From positions 124,001 through 188,000 of the forward strand of contig MU057880.1 in the NCBI GenBank assembly GCA_013265495.1: DNA of 64,000 nucleotides, given 5' to 3'. The notes beneath the pieces were generated by a model. That model saw only the letters and a program-made list of their open reading frames with translations. It was not told the DNA's origin and made no database searches. How positions within the stretch are numbered: position 1 is the stretch's first letter; every line of letters starts with the position of its first letter. Positions 25,923 through 39,241 of the stretch are shown here, one piece after another. The DNA comes from Vicugna vicugna (lineage: Eukaryota). Made by a program: the position numbers and the translations under genes.

Positions 25923-27639
25923 CTAGTCATATAAAGACCAAAGATAGAAAAGAATGTTCATTTTGGGGTTAGCTTCCAGAGATGCCCCTGAAAGCTTTCT
26001 TCTCGCTGCTAGAGGGACCACTGTTGAAAAAGAAGCCCACAATCCAGTGAGGCTGCAGACCTCTGGTCCCCAAGGCTCTGAGGGTATCGTCACCCACAGG
26101 GCAAGTTCCACACCCCTTGTACAAAGCGCTACATGTAACCTTCTTTATCTAAGGTCGAAAAAGATAGTCTGATATAAAAATTTAGCAGAATCAATATTTT
26201 TTTCCCGATAACATTTTAGTTTGTCTTTTTAAAACAGCTCTGCTCATCCATTTGAATTTATGATGAGCCCTATGCAATTTATTGTATTAAAAAAATTAGA
26301 TTTCCCTTAAAAGGGATTCTGATCACATAAAAGTATTTTTTTATTCTGCCCATGATCCATAAAGTCTATTGATAATAAATATATTCAATAATCCATCTTC
26401 CGCCATCAGGCAGTTTGGATATTTATTTCCTATGACGTCAGTCAACCCAAATGCTTAGTGTCATTGCTCATAAGGCAAGGCGGTATTTCTAAATATTAAT
26501 CTGTGCCATTTACAATTCTCATCCCCCAAGTTCACCCCCACTTCCCCATAAAGCCGCTAGGCTACTTTTCCGCTCATTTCCTCCAGTGAAATATGTGCAG
26601 AGCAGAAACCAGGGAAAGGGGGAGCATTCTTATTTTCTAAGTTTCTTGTTTGAAATAACAAAGTCCTCCGAGGAATAAGAAAGCCAGGACAAAATATTGG
26701 TTGGGGGCAGGGGACTTGCAAATAATTTTTTAAAAGATTCTCTAGGTGATCAGGAGTGGGCAGCCTGGGCAGGGAAAGAAAAAGATACAGAGGAGGGAAT
26801 TCATTACAATGCAGATGAATATGGGTGCCAGACAAAGAGTTTCCAAAATCTGCCTCCCCAGGAAGACAGGATCAGTGGAGATTAGGGTATGAGACTCAGG
26901 GGCAAAGGAGGGGAGAGCGCGTTCCCTGGGAAAAGAGGGCGTGGTTGGAGAATATGTTCGCTATACTGAGCCAATGTCACTAACAAAACACGAGGATAGT
27001 GGAATGATTCTTTGTCCCCAGGTAAGACCTGGAAGAAGGAAAGAAGCCACCAAGACTTAAAGGGACCAGGCGAACACCCCAAGGGACAACTCAGCCTGAA
27101 CCTTGGCAATCAAAGATCAAGGTTCACATGGGGCAACCAACATCTCACCAGATGTTTGCACCCTTCCCATCTCACAGAATTTTGTGAAGCCACTCTCATT
27201 TTACTTCCAGAATTTAGACATCTGTCCTGGGTGGAAGACTCTGGAACTGGCCAGATTCCAGATTAAGTTTTCCCACTGCCATGAAATGGGAGTGTGAAAT
27301 AACAATTATGCTAAATTAAGGGAAAAAATGGATCTCTTTCTTATAAATGTGAATTTGCAACCCCGACAGTTCATTATAAAGTGTCCATTCATTGGAATCT
27401 ATTTAGCATTGTCATTCTTTGTCAGAACTCATCACCACGTATGGGATTTGGCATCACAGCACAAATATTTATTGAGCATGTGCTTTGTGTAGGACACTGA
27501 GGTTAGGCTGAGTTAGATTACAGGAGCGGTAAATTTTATGCAATGAAATGTGTTTCTAATTTTTCAGGAGATTTGGGGAGTGAGGTGGCTAACAACATTC
27601 TTGAAAAAGTCTACCCGTGTGTAACGATACATTTCTTAC

Positions 27640-27698
27640 TGAGAACCAGGGAGACCGTATGGCTTCCTTGAACTGCATCAGACGACTCAGGTGGGAGT
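27640..27698 (-). pseudogene. Possible exon relic
   Basis: Donor CA|gtaaga at 27635-27639; upstream T-rich tract without a clear AG. 5' boundary and frame uncertain. Confidence 0.3.
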
Positions 27699-29259
27699 AT
27701 ATGAAACAAACATGCAAAAGCATCACCACGTCTTATGAGCCTGTAAGACTCATGGAGTCCAACGCGTTGATCAAATTTTCCCATGTGCAACCTATGTCAG
27801 TTTTTAAAAATGCTGGGAAGTATTTCAAAGTGTGAACCACTTATTAAGCAACCAAAAACTGCTGAAGCTCCATTTCAGACCTGATCATTAGACCGATGCT
27901 CCAACTTAGATCCTTAGATCACACTGCTCTCCATCGTGATATTCTTAGATATTTCAAGATGGTCCATGTGTTAAGTACGAACAAAAAAAAAAGACTCAGG
28001 TAGACTGGCACGGTTGGCAGGTAAGACTCACAAAGGCTGCCTTCTCTTCTTAGCTTCAGACTCTTTTCTTCCACGAGAGGGAAAAAGCTCTATTTGACAC
28101 ATTGCTCAAGGATTCTTTTATTCTGTCACTTTTCAAGCAGAGAGTGAAAAAAGAAACACCTTTCCTTTTCCCCTACTAATGTATTTTGTGATTTTTCCAT
28201 CAGTCTAGCAACTCTGAAAATCTGCTGAATTTACTTCAGTGCACCTGCACAGGAAAGTACATTTCCCTCCTGAAATGGAAAAAAGTTCATTTCATGGTGA
28301 AAAACATATACTTTATATATATATTGATATATGACCTTATACATATATACACAAAAATATTTATATATTACTTTATAATATATCTGTGTATATATTAATA
28401 CATATGCAATATATATTTAAAGATATGTATATTATATATACTGTGTGTATAATTATAATTACAACATATATACACATATGTCTTTGATATAAGACTTGCA
28501 GGAGCAGACATTTTAGCATGTAAAATAAGGAGAATAATTAAGAAATGTTGGAATGTAAGAACACAAATGGAAAGACTACATCCCAATTTATATGTTTTGA
28601 TAGACATTTGTACAATATCGAATAGTATGGAAAACCCAAATTTCAAAATGAGAGCTTTATAGTCCCCAGATGATATCTCCAAACCATGAAAATATTTAAG
28701 GCTCAGAGTTACAAACAGTTTAGTTAACACGATAGGAAAAAGGCTTCAAAATTACACAAGCACAAAGGAGGAAAGTGCAATGCTTTGTTGGAATATTAAC
28801 GAACACAGGAAAAGCCTGGTAACATACAGGCTTCTTTCTGGGACAAACCTATCAGGAAAGAGTAGGGAAGGAAATGGTAAAGTCGGAGCAATCAAAATTC
28901 AGAGGTTTGCTCTAAAGAAGGAAATATTTTAAGACTCATTGCTAAAAGCACGTTGTGGGTTTTAGAAGAACATAAGACATCAGCACATCCTAGACGTAGA
29001 TGTTTTAAAAGGCCACGTCCTGGAGGAGCACTAGATTCCTAAGGTTATTTCAGAGGCTTCCCTTTTATTGTGACTTTTTTCAATATAATTAAAATCTTGC
29101 GCCAAGGTTCAAATTTGGATTAGTCCTATTCCTTTTAATGGATACTAATAAATTTTCTAATAATAAATGAAAGTTGAGGGTGTACCTAAATAATAGATTT
29201 GATGAAAACAAATATATTTTATAAAACATGGAAATACTTTCCAGTGATTCTTTCTTAAC

Positions 29260-29362
29260 CTTGAAATCATGTTTTCAGAACTGCTTATTACAAAAAGGCT
29301 GTGTTTTTATATTGGAGGATGTATCGAAGGATACAACCATCGCCTCCTTGTAATACACATCT
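29260..29362 (-). pseudogene. Exon relic, 103 nt, phase 2-0, one stop: DVYYKEAMVVSFDTSSNIKTQPFCNKQF*KHDFK
   Basis: Acceptor ctgtattttcAG, donor AAG|gttaag. Phase matches the 30526 exon. Confidence 0.6.
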
Positions 29363-29761
29363 CTGAAAATACAGTTACAACCCACGCATCCTAGTGATAT
29401 TACGGAAAGCACTTTAGCCCTCTCTATTTTAAGCAAATTATTCACAAGGTTCAATACGTTCAACTATTATCCTTACAGATTGTGTTTCGATTGCATGAGT
29501 GATTTGAAACCGAGCAACAAGGAAAGCACAGCAGTGAGTCAAGAAGTGGAGTAACACTGGGACAACCATAATCCACTCCATAGAAGAAATGCCATTGATC
29601 CTCCTTCCTCAAGAGCTATACAGCCTGAATACTAACAGCTTCCCATATCAGGATCCACCACGTTTACTAGACCAGTGACTATCTGCCCATAATCTATTAA
29701 GGGGCTCTGGTTTAGGCCTCTTATAAGGAAAATATAAACCCTTCAAAATTTTCCAAATTTA

Positions 29762-29874
29762 GGGGGAGGGTATAGCTCAGTGGTAGAGTGTTTGCTTAGC
29801 AGGCGTGAGGTCCTGGGTTCAATCCCCAGTCCCTCCATTAAATCAATCAATCGATCTAATTAGCACCCCCTAAA
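29762..29874 (+). mobile_element. Camelid-type tRNA-derived SINE
   Basis: GGGGGAGGGTATAGCTCAGTGGTAGAG...GGTTCAATCCCCAG. Degenerate TSD aaaattttccaaattta / aaaacttcccaaatgta. Confidence 0.92.
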
Positions 29875-30525
29875 AAAACTTCCCAAATGTAATAAAACAA
29901 ATATTCTGAGAGATCGTTAAACATAAATATCTTCTCATTAATTAAACCACAGAAAAGAAAAACCCAAAACAGAAACATAGAGAACTACTCTGACTATATT
30001 ATTGATGAAAATATATTTAAAGGAGAAATTCAAAATATATTTCCCAAATCCTCCTTAGCAAATGAACTGAAGTAATTAGTAGTTAGATAGAGAAATATTA
30101 GTCATCTCATTATTTATAGTAACCTCTTCTCCAAGTAGCATTTATATTTGAAAGCCAAGAATAGAGTATAAAATCAATATTTCAACATAAAGACACACTT
30201 TAAATTTTAATTTTTCAGAGTTATTTCCCTAATTTTAATCCATATGTAGCTATTTCCAAATACCTAATGGCACATTAAGATGATTGTTTTTGCAGTTTCA
30301 TTTCTGATTTTTTTTTTCAGAGCTTACTATTTGAGTCACCTTGTTTATTTACACGGAATATCTATTATTTTTCATTGGATGCTCTTGCAAGAAATCCTGC
30401 CTAAGATTTCAGTTGCCTTGTAACTCTGAAGTGTTAATTTTTCTGAGCTTGACAAGTCAACATAAAAGTTTCTCCTTACTGCCTATTGAATTTTTTGATA
30501 GGAAATAAAACATAAAAACGAGTAC

Positions 30526-30738
30526 ATGTTGCTCTGGGCAATTCTGAATCAGTTCAGTTGTTCATCCAGATATGAAAAATCCCCAGAACTCAAGATAAGT
30601 AGCCTGTCTCTCGATGACAAAGTTAAACACGAATCTTTAAGCAGGCCGATCAGTAGAGATATGACATCAACCTCTTGACCCAGATCGTGACACTCCCACA
30701 CTAATTGCTCTGGGACTTCACTGTTACTCATAGATGCT
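30526..30738 (-). pseudogene. Exon relic, 213 nt, phase 2-2, one stop: ASMSNSEVPEQLVWECHDLGQEVDVISLLIGLLKDSCLTLSSRDRLLILSSGDFSYLDEQLN*FRIAQSN
   Basis: Acceptor ggttttttAG, donor AT|gtactc. Contains listed ORF 30549-30731. F-x-x-AQ resembles the RGS-domain C-terminal helix motif. Confidence 0.65.
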
Positions 30739-33086
30739 CTAAAAAACCTTTTTCAAGTGGGAATTCTAAAGTTCCATTTCTCATAATTACAACACACATC
30801 TCAAGACAAGACTTACACTCAACTCGCACTTCACTTGGTAAGTAAGGGCCACATAAATGCAAAGCTACGTCTGTGGTTGAGCAATAACACTGTATGCCTT
30901 GACAGCAGCCACGTTCCGCCCACTTTCCCAGACCAAACAGGAGTTTCCGCAGGCTTCTGACTGTCCCCGAGCCCCGACATCCCTAACTCCACATTCAGAC
31001 TGAGTCCTGCTGATTTCACCTCCCCGACGACTCTCCCGTCCGTCCATCTTGCTCTGTTTCTGCTCCTGTTGCTTCATTTCAGTCCCACATTACTTACCTC
31101 TTGCTTGTGGTTCTGCACCTGTCCGGTTTCCATTCCTCCAACGTCTGCACTTCCTGATGCCACTCATGATTTTAGTCAGGGTGCGCTTTCTCTGACCCCA
31201 GGTCCTTCCTCCAGTTTTTCTCTACTCCCTACAAAATCCACATGCCTAGAATCAAACACAGTGGAGTCCAGAGCATCCGTGATCCTGCTGGTCTTTTCAG
31301 CTTTATTCTCCCCACAGCCCTCTCATCTTATACTCCATATTTTAAAGACGACTGACAGTTTCTCCAACACACCAGAACACCAACTCTCAAAATCCACCAT
31401 GCCCTTCGGAATCAGCTCCATCAGTATTTAAGCTGGTACGTTGACTCCCATTTGCCCAATTTCCATTTCTCTCTCTCAGATGGTTACAAACGTGGGTGAA
31501 AACGAAGGGGTACTGTTCCTTTGGGTCCTCTAAAGCCTCCATATTTAAAATGAAGGGAAATCAGCTGTGTGGCAAAAGTGATGCTTCAACAGCAAGCTTG
31601 CAAACGCAAGGGAACGCAGAAGACATTTACAAGGAGTTAATTAATAGGCGTACATATGGCAGCAAAAACGCTTGGCAGAAGCCTTGTGTTGGAATACATC
31701 GCAGAGCAAATCCACTGTAAACAATGCTGATTTAGCTTTCAGAAAATGCTTTCATGGGACTGAGTCTTACGGAAGCTTTCTCAATGGTATCACTAACGCA
31801 AATAGGGTCCTTTAGGGATTTACACGACTGACATTATTTAGATGAAATCAGGTGAGATTTTAGGCCACTTTTAAAAAGACACACGCTTCACACGACCTTT
31901 GTTGCCCCTCATTCTTTCTCTTAAGTCCTGGAAGTGTCCTCAATTAGCTTTCCAGGCAAGACTGTAACCAGCGCGTGTCCCGAGGCAACAAATCACGCAA
32001 TTTCCCAGGACTCCCAAACAACGACCACCAACCAGCTGGGTCACTTTAGGACAAAGAGGTGCTTCTTAGAGCTTCCTTTCTGACTGGGCTGGAGTTCTGA
32101 CTTCCAAACACTAAGCTGACAGCTTCAGTAGATTTCATTTTTCCAAAAAGAAATGTAACCCTCATATTTCTCATGAAAAACAAATATTCCCCCTTGTAAA
32201 GAAAAAAAAAAAAAGAAAACCCAAATGAGCTGCTTATTCTCTCCCTCTGGTTTTCAAAGCTGTTCAACTGGATTCATTTCTTCTTTCTAGATGCTTCACG
32301 TCCTCATCTCTGCAGTGCTTTCCTGCTTGCACTTGCTCTCCTCTGTCTTCAATTACGTGCAAAACCTCTCCATCAACAACCCTGCCCTGGACTTTTCTGT
32401 CCCTCTGACCACAGTCTATTCTCTCATTTTCCATTCATTGTTCCAAATTTACACCAAATTAGTTGTCCCCATCCACAGCCCGTTAGACTCTTCTCCAATT
32501 ATAATTCTTCTTCTCCTTGTTCTATGTAGACCATCAATGTGTTATAGTTCTTTGCATAAGGTGGATGCTTAATAACTGTCTATTAATTACTAGGAATTCT
32601 CTCTCCTAATCCATCCAAATGGGGTCACCTACTATAATTTAGGTTAATTACATTTTGACATGAATACACCTTAAACTTACACATTGTCGTATGTCAATTA
32701 TATCCCCATAAACCTGAAGAAAAAAGTGGGAAAAAAAAGTCATTTAACATTAAAAATCACATCTGTAAGGAATCTCACCAACTAGAGGATTGTGATAAAA
32801 ATATTTGCATCTAAAATGGTATGTGGCACCAAGTAGGTGCTCACCGAATAAATGGACATACTCATGACTGACATGATGTAGCATGCTTCGCAGCAGAAGT
32901 GCTCAGTCACCCCATCCTCACATTTCTATGTGTAATTTGCAATCCCTGATGATGAAAACTGCCACAGTTAAATCCAAAGCTAAAAAAGAGAGGCAGAACA
33001 CAATCTCTTCGTTTGTCTATACTGTACCAAATATGAAAGGGGTTTTTGAAGGAAAAAATACAGAACACTGAACATGTATGCGATAC

Positions 33087-33204
33087 CATCACCATCCTCT
33101 GCATCTCCAGGGTCCGGTCTACTGGGCACATAGTGAGCATGGCGACCAGACTGACCAACAGGAAGGCTGGTTTGTTGACAGTGATCTCCAACAGGGTTGC
33201 CCAC
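33087..33204 (-). pseudogene. Exon relic, 118 nt, frame undetermined
   Basis: Strong acceptor ccctattcctgtttcacAG, donor ATG|gtatcg. GC-richer block in AT-rich surroundings; two frames are open. Confidence 0.55.
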
Positions 33205-34334
33205 CTGTGAAACAGGAATAGGGTTATTTGGGGGCCACGTTACCATCGGATTACTGACACTAAAATGGATTTTGCAGAGGAGAGAATTTGCTGTTTGCCA
33301 AAGGAAGAAGATCAGAAAACTAAGATCAAGAATTGAAATAACCCACAGGAGGAAAAAAAATAAAAAAGAATTGAAATAACCCATGAGAAATGAAGAATTA
33401 AGGCAACTATCCAAAGAATCCAGGCAAGCTAATATTTTAGGCCGAAAGGAAAAAGATGCCCGGAATCCGAATGACCAGGATTTGCTCTCTATAATCAGCA
33501 CAGATGGATATTCAACTTCGAGGCCTATCTCTAAAAACAAAACTTCAGTTTCTTTTTCCAGTTTAGGATTAGGTCATTTAGAATCTTCTACAAAATTTAT
33601 AAAAATAATTATTAAAATAAAATTTTAAATTTCCTCTTAGGAATTTATTTAACATGACATGAGTAGTTAAAATCAGTGTTGGCAAAACAACTACTGATTT
33701 TAAATATATCACAAATGCAACACCCATTCATTCAGTGAGTGTTCCCAGAGAATCTCCTCTGAGCCAAAAGGCTGTTGTTGGGAGGGGTACACAGATGATG
33801 AGACAGCTTTTCAGGCCGATGGAAGAAAGAAGGCAGGACACTCAGGTAAAAAGGAATACATGGAATTTTCTAGATTTAAAGGAGGGAGGGTTTTCCCCCA
33901 CCATGGCATCTACAGAGGTGGCTTTTAAATTTTGATTTGTATAGGAGTTTAAAAATGAATAAGGATTTAAATTGGGAAAGCCCTAGAAATGGATATTCTC
34001 AGTAAAGGACACAACACGAGGAAGGCAAAGGTGGCAGAAACAGAGTATCTGTTTACCAAAAGTGAGCCCTGGGTCCTGGAAGGGAGAAATGCGGGAACAG
34101 GTGCGGTGTGCAGGGGGAAGGGGGACGTCTGGAAAGGCAGCCGAAAAGGCAGACTCCTCATCTAAACATCATTTAAATACAACCTGTATGAAATGGAAAA
34201 GTTTGTAGCCAACAAAAATAAGTAGATCAAATTTACGTTCTTCCTACATATTTTTTTTTAATAATCAAGGTTTCTTTTCCATGTAGTGTTACTAAATTTT
34301 AAGATTCAAAGAACTAAAGCTAAAACAGTACAAA

Positions 34335-34575
34335 CTCTACATTATTGGGTTCCTATATGCCTGGCGCTGGGCTAAATACAGTACATGCATTAATCCATTT
34401 AATCTTTGTAAGGCTGAAAGTATTCATTGGTCCCAGTTTTCAGATGAAAACATGGAGGCAAGAAAGCTGAAAAACATACCCAAGATCACATCGTTGTCAA
34501 GTGGCTGAGCTGTAACTTGACTCAAGGCCCATCAGATGCCAAAATTCATGCCTTTACCCACTACACTACGCCACT
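34335..34575. mobile_element. MIR SINE
   Basis: cccagttttcagatgaaaacatggaggc...ccaagatcaca...gtggctgagctg, MIR core. Confidence 0.75.
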
Positions 34576-35697
34576 TCTCAGTGTTTTCACTGGGTAACAT
34601 AAGTAAAGACACTCGGAAAATTGATGTTTTTGTACCATGTTTAATGGAAAGAAATGGCTGGGCTTCTTTCAACCATCAATTTTCCATGTTACAATTTATG
34701 TGGCAACACTGATTCATATACTCGAGACTGTCTTAAAAATAATTTTCCTAAGCATATATTTCTGAGACATTTATAATGTATTTGAAAATTAAAATATTGA
34801 TTTAATTCATGTTCCTTGATGATCATCTTGCTTCACAGAATTGCAATTTTTAGAATGCATAGATTATCTTTCCACCAGAGGGGAAAATTCAATCAAGCAA
34901 AGACCTCGAGCCACACACAAACTCTGGTCCCATTTTATATTTTGAATGATAAAAAGAAGGTATATGTTTTGGGATGATTAACATTCTAAAAAAAAATAAT
35001 ATTTTAAAAGTATTTTCTAGGGGTCTTCTGTTTCTCAAGCATTCACTGTTGCCAATCAATCAGAAACCCATAATGCGACCGTCTGTTTTATTTGAATTGA
35101 TTGTAAAAGTTCTTTACTGTTTTATAGCATGGTTCCTAAGGCAAGCACGTCGAAGCTTCCATCGTAAAAAGAACTGGAAATTCTTGGGATGTTAATGAGG
35201 TAACTATAACCTGTTTGTTTTTAGATTCTATATTAGAAAGACAAGCATCTTTTTCTAGGAGAAGAAATGTCAGTTTCCGTTTCTAATTACGAGACACGAG
35301 GCACAGAGATAATGACACTCAACGTGACAAGTGGTGGGAGTTCTGCGGCATGCCATCTGCTGATTCCTTATCCCTAGAGCTTTCTCACTGACCCCCCCAC
35401 TTCCTTGTGAAACTCCCCAGCTGTAGGTTTACACCGAGTCCCCGCAACCACAACTTTTTGTTTTCTTCCTGTTGTCGAAGGGAGCTTGCTGATGGTGGCA
35501 CCAATCAATCTTATCTCTGCCCGGCAGGAAAGGACAGCTGCTGCTGCTGTGTTCTTGTGACCTCCAATTAGCTTCTTTTCTGATAAATTTCTCGTTTGTC
35601 AGGGTCTTTGTGAGACATTCAGTATTTACAGCCTTTGGGGTGATCAATTCTAATACAGTGTTTTATGCTAAATTCTGTATCAAGATCACTCTTCACA

Positions 35698-36105
35698 TTT
35701 GCAGGAACATAGGTGGGCCTGGAGATCGTCGTACTAAGTGAAGTAAGTCAGACAGAGAAAGACAAATGCCATACGATATCACTTATATGTGGAATTTTTT
35801 TTTAAAAAGGACACAAATGAACTTATGTATAAAACAGACAGACTCAAACATATCGTTACCAGGGAGGAATGGGGGCAGGGAAATTGGGAGTTTGGGATTT
35901 GTAGATACACACTACTATATATAAAGTAGATAAACAACAAGGTCCTACTGTAGAGCACAGGGAACTGTATTCAATATCCTGTAATCTCCTATAATGAAAA
36001 AGAATGTGAAAAGGAATGTGTATATATACGTATAATTGAATCACTATGCTGTACGAAAGAAATAACTTGTAAATCAACTAAACTTCAACTTAAAAAAAAA
36101 GTTTA
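35698..36105 (+). mobile_element. L1 3' end fragment
   Basis: actaagtgaagtaagtcagacagagaaagacaaa... through to the A tail; degenerate TSD containing tcactc. Confidence 0.9.
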
Positions 36106-36934
36106 AAAAAGTCACTCCTGACAATTACTTAAATACTCGCTGTCCAATATGAAGCTCACTGCTCTGTTTTTTATGTAAGAAAAGGGAGAGGAGTGACAGC
36201 TTTATAGTTTATTAACATAACCAAGTGCTACTATTTAAAGCAAGGAGCCACTCCTCATGGGAGCCACCTTTGCTGTTTGTAATGGACCAGAATCTAAATT
36301 ACACGCAGTTCCTCCTTTGGGCAATCCGAAAAGAGTATAAAACAGACTCTGCTATTTATGTTTTTTTTTTAATGTGCATTAAGAATCTACACATACTGAT
36401 AAATTGCTTTTGAAACTCATGATTTGCACAACTAATACCAAGTTACGTAAATAATGTATTCTCATTCCTGCATAATACACACAGGACACATGTCAGCCCC
36501 CTCATCACTCTGAGCTAATCTATTTCAGGTTGTAAAAGAAATTTTTAGTAAGTTCAAATTTATCCTTATATGAGGTATAAAATAGACTAATGAAGCTGTC
36601 TGCTAAACTGGAATGTTGTGTCATATTTCAAAGCAAACAAAGCTTTTCTGAGAATTCTAAATTTATTTTCTCTTCCTGGACTGATCAGTTTCTTTAGACC
36701 TCATTTGGCCTCACTGTAAGGATATGTGATGTCACTTTATACTTAAATGTAAGATAGAGTTATACAGTGGTTGGAAGATAAGAAGTCTGAATGCATAAAC
36801 AGAATGTACCAATGTTTCTTGTACAAACAACTCATCTTTTATAGAAATGCATATTTTATGAACATATTATCTATATTTGCATATATAGATATGTATGATA
36901 AGACAAAGGAACACACATTTGCAAGAAAAATGAA

Positions 36935-36978
36935 AATCAGAGATTCATATCCAATGAATCAGAGATTCATATCCAATG
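36935..36978. repeat. Perfect 22-bp tandem duplication
   Basis: aatcagagattcatatccaatg twice. Confidence 0.95.
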
Positions 36979-37597
36979 ATCGGCTCACTAAGAATTGGAC
37001 ATTAAGTCCAGCTATCCTAAAGAACACATTCTAAATATATCCTTTTAATTTTAAACATTGTTCTTTTTTTAAAATTTACTTTCATGAGACACTATTTTTT
37101 TCTTGAAGTTATTTTATAAACTCTAAGCGATCAAATCATTTATTCTCTGGTGTTTCTAAAATTGCATAGTGTTTGAACCTAACAAAACACACAGACACAC
37201 AAAAAATTGTTGAACGAATTTTGACACTTTAGTCATTCACTTCATAGGAAGTTTCATGTCTTCAACACATTTCCGTATCACTTTATGCCCTATATTTTCT
37301 AAGTGTTAAAACTAATGAAGTTAAATGTGCTCTCTTAACTTAAGGAAATCTAACTGTTATATGGAAGCAAAGTTTATTTATGTATATAAAAACTGGCACC
37401 AACTTCCTATAGTAAAATTCTATTTGTTCTGCTTTTGTGAGGACAGTATGAAATTAAGCAAACCTCTTCTCAACTCCAAGAAACTAAAAATCTAACAATT
37501 CTTTGAATACAGTTAAAAGCAGAAGAAAAAATTTAACAATAAAAATACTTGCTTGCTCCAACTTTTGCTTGAAGAGAAATTATTCTTCTACACTCAC

Positions 37598-37638
37598 CTT
37601 CCATAAAGATAAAAGTCCTTTCCTTTTCACAGCACTTT
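37598..37638 (-). pseudogene. Small exon relic, 41 nt
   Basis: Acceptor tttccctctcttgccatcAG, consensus donor AAG|gtgagt. Confidence 0.55.
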
Positions 37639-37834
37639 CTGATGGCAAGAGAGGGAAACTAGAAGAGACACTGCAGAATGCTGCCTTGAAAAAAGGGATG
37701 TAATTTTTACATTTCTATGAGAAAAGGAAATTCTGCATCTGTGTTAAAAGAAACATTTCTAGCTGTCCCAGTCTGCTTTGTGGGCTGGCTAGGAAACCAT
37801 CCACCAATTAAATTTAAAACTAAGATGAAAGCTG

Positions 37835-39131
37835 GACAGTCACGTGTGAATCAAAGAAGTTAGAGCATACCTCATGCCAGACGTGAAAATAAACTCAGAA
37901 TGGCTGAAAGACAAATATAAGACATGAGACCACAAACCTCCTAGAAGAGAACATAAGCAAAATATTCTCTGACATAAATCATACCAATGATTTCCTAGGT
38001 CAGTCTCCCAAGGCAATAAAAGCAAAAGCAAAAGCAAAAGTAAACAATTGGGACCTAATCAAACTTAAAAGCTTTTGCACAGCAAAGAAAACCATCAACA
38101 AAACAAAAAGACAATCTACAGACAGGGAGAAAATATTTGCAAACAATGTGACTGACAAGGGCTTAAGTTCCAGAATATACAAACAGCTCATACAACTCAA
38201 TAACCAAAAAATAAATAAAAAACTCAGTCAAAAAATTGGCAGAAGGCCTAAACAGACATTTCTCCAATTAAGACATACAAATGGCCAATAGACACATGAA
38301 AAGATGCTCAGTATCCCTAATTATTAGGGAAATGCAAATAAAAACTACAGTGAGGTATCACCTCACACTAGTCAGAATGGCCATGATTAAAAACTCTACA
38401 AATAACAAACACTGGAGAGGGTGTGGAGAAAAGGGAACCCTCCTACACTATTGGGAATGTAATTTGGTGCAGCCACTATGAAAAATAGTATGGAGGTTCC
38501 TTAAAAAACTAAAAATAGACTTACCATGTAATCCAGCAATCCCACTCCTGGGCATATATCCAAGGAAAACTCAAACTCTAAAAGACACATGCACCCCAAT
38601 GATCACAGCAGCACTATTTGCAATAGCCAAGACACAGAAACAACCTAAATGTCCATCCAACAGATGACTGGATAAAGAAGATGTGGTATATTTCTACAAT
38701 GGAATACTATACAAGCATAAAAAAGAATAAAATAACACCATTTGCAGCAACATGGCTAGACCTAGAAATTGTCATTCTAAGTGAAGTAAATCAGACAGAG
38801 AAAGACAAATAGTATATGATATCACTTATATGTGGAATGTAAAAATGTGATACAAATGAACTTATTTACAAAATAGAAACTGACTCACAGACCTAGAAAA
38901 GAAACTTATGGTTACCAAAGGGGAAAGCAGGTTTGGGATAGGATAATTTAGGAGTTTGAGATTAGCAGATACAAACTACTTATATATAAAATAGATAAAC
39001 AATAAGGACCTACTATATAGAACAGGAAACTGTATTCAATATCCTGTAATAATCCATAATGCAAAAGAATATGAAAAAGAATATGTGTGTGTAACTGAAT
39101 TACACTGCTGAACACCAGAAACTAACACAAT
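37835..39131 (+). mobile_element. L1 ORF2 3' region and 3' UTR
   Basis: ORF 38281-38481 [29 protein letters not shown] is L1 ORF2. TSD aaaactaagatgaaa / aaaagtaagatggaa lies beyond the microsatellite tail. Confidence 0.95.
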
Positions 39132-39241
39132 AGAAAGAAAGAAGGAAAGAAGGAAAGGAAAGAAAGGAAGGAAAGGAAAGAAAGGAAGGAAGGAAGGAAG
39201 GAAGGAAGGAAGGAAGGAAGGAAGGAAGGAAGGAAGGAAAA
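39132..39241 (+). repeat. (GAAA)n/(GGAA)n microsatellite at the L1 tail
   Basis: Pure purine run with a long perfect GGAA array. Confidence 0.95.

Noticed and set aside
29762..29840. tRNA-like sequence with A and B boxes (also at 6188, 11988, 16581, 20173)
   Set aside because: Diverged copies with A-rich tails and TSDs; these are SINE heads, not tRNA genes.
33110..33170. WSVWSPCS peptide resembling a thrombospondin type-1 repeat
   Set aside because: Lacks the downstream CG and RxR pattern, the frame has stops, and no other exon looks extracellular; likely chance.
32980..33540. Longest listed ORF (186 aa, minus strand)
   Set aside because: Mostly runs through T-rich sequence (F/L/S-biased) and across a splice acceptor; only 33087-33204 looks exon-derived.
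35430..35649. Minus-strand ORF/exon candidate (listed ORF 35429-35647)
   Set aside because: Weak acceptor and no clear donor; may be an exon relic but evidence is insufficient.
38281..38481. ORFs with clear protein similarity (also 4133-4339 and 56504-56737)
   Set aside because: Fragments of L1 ORF2, not host genes.
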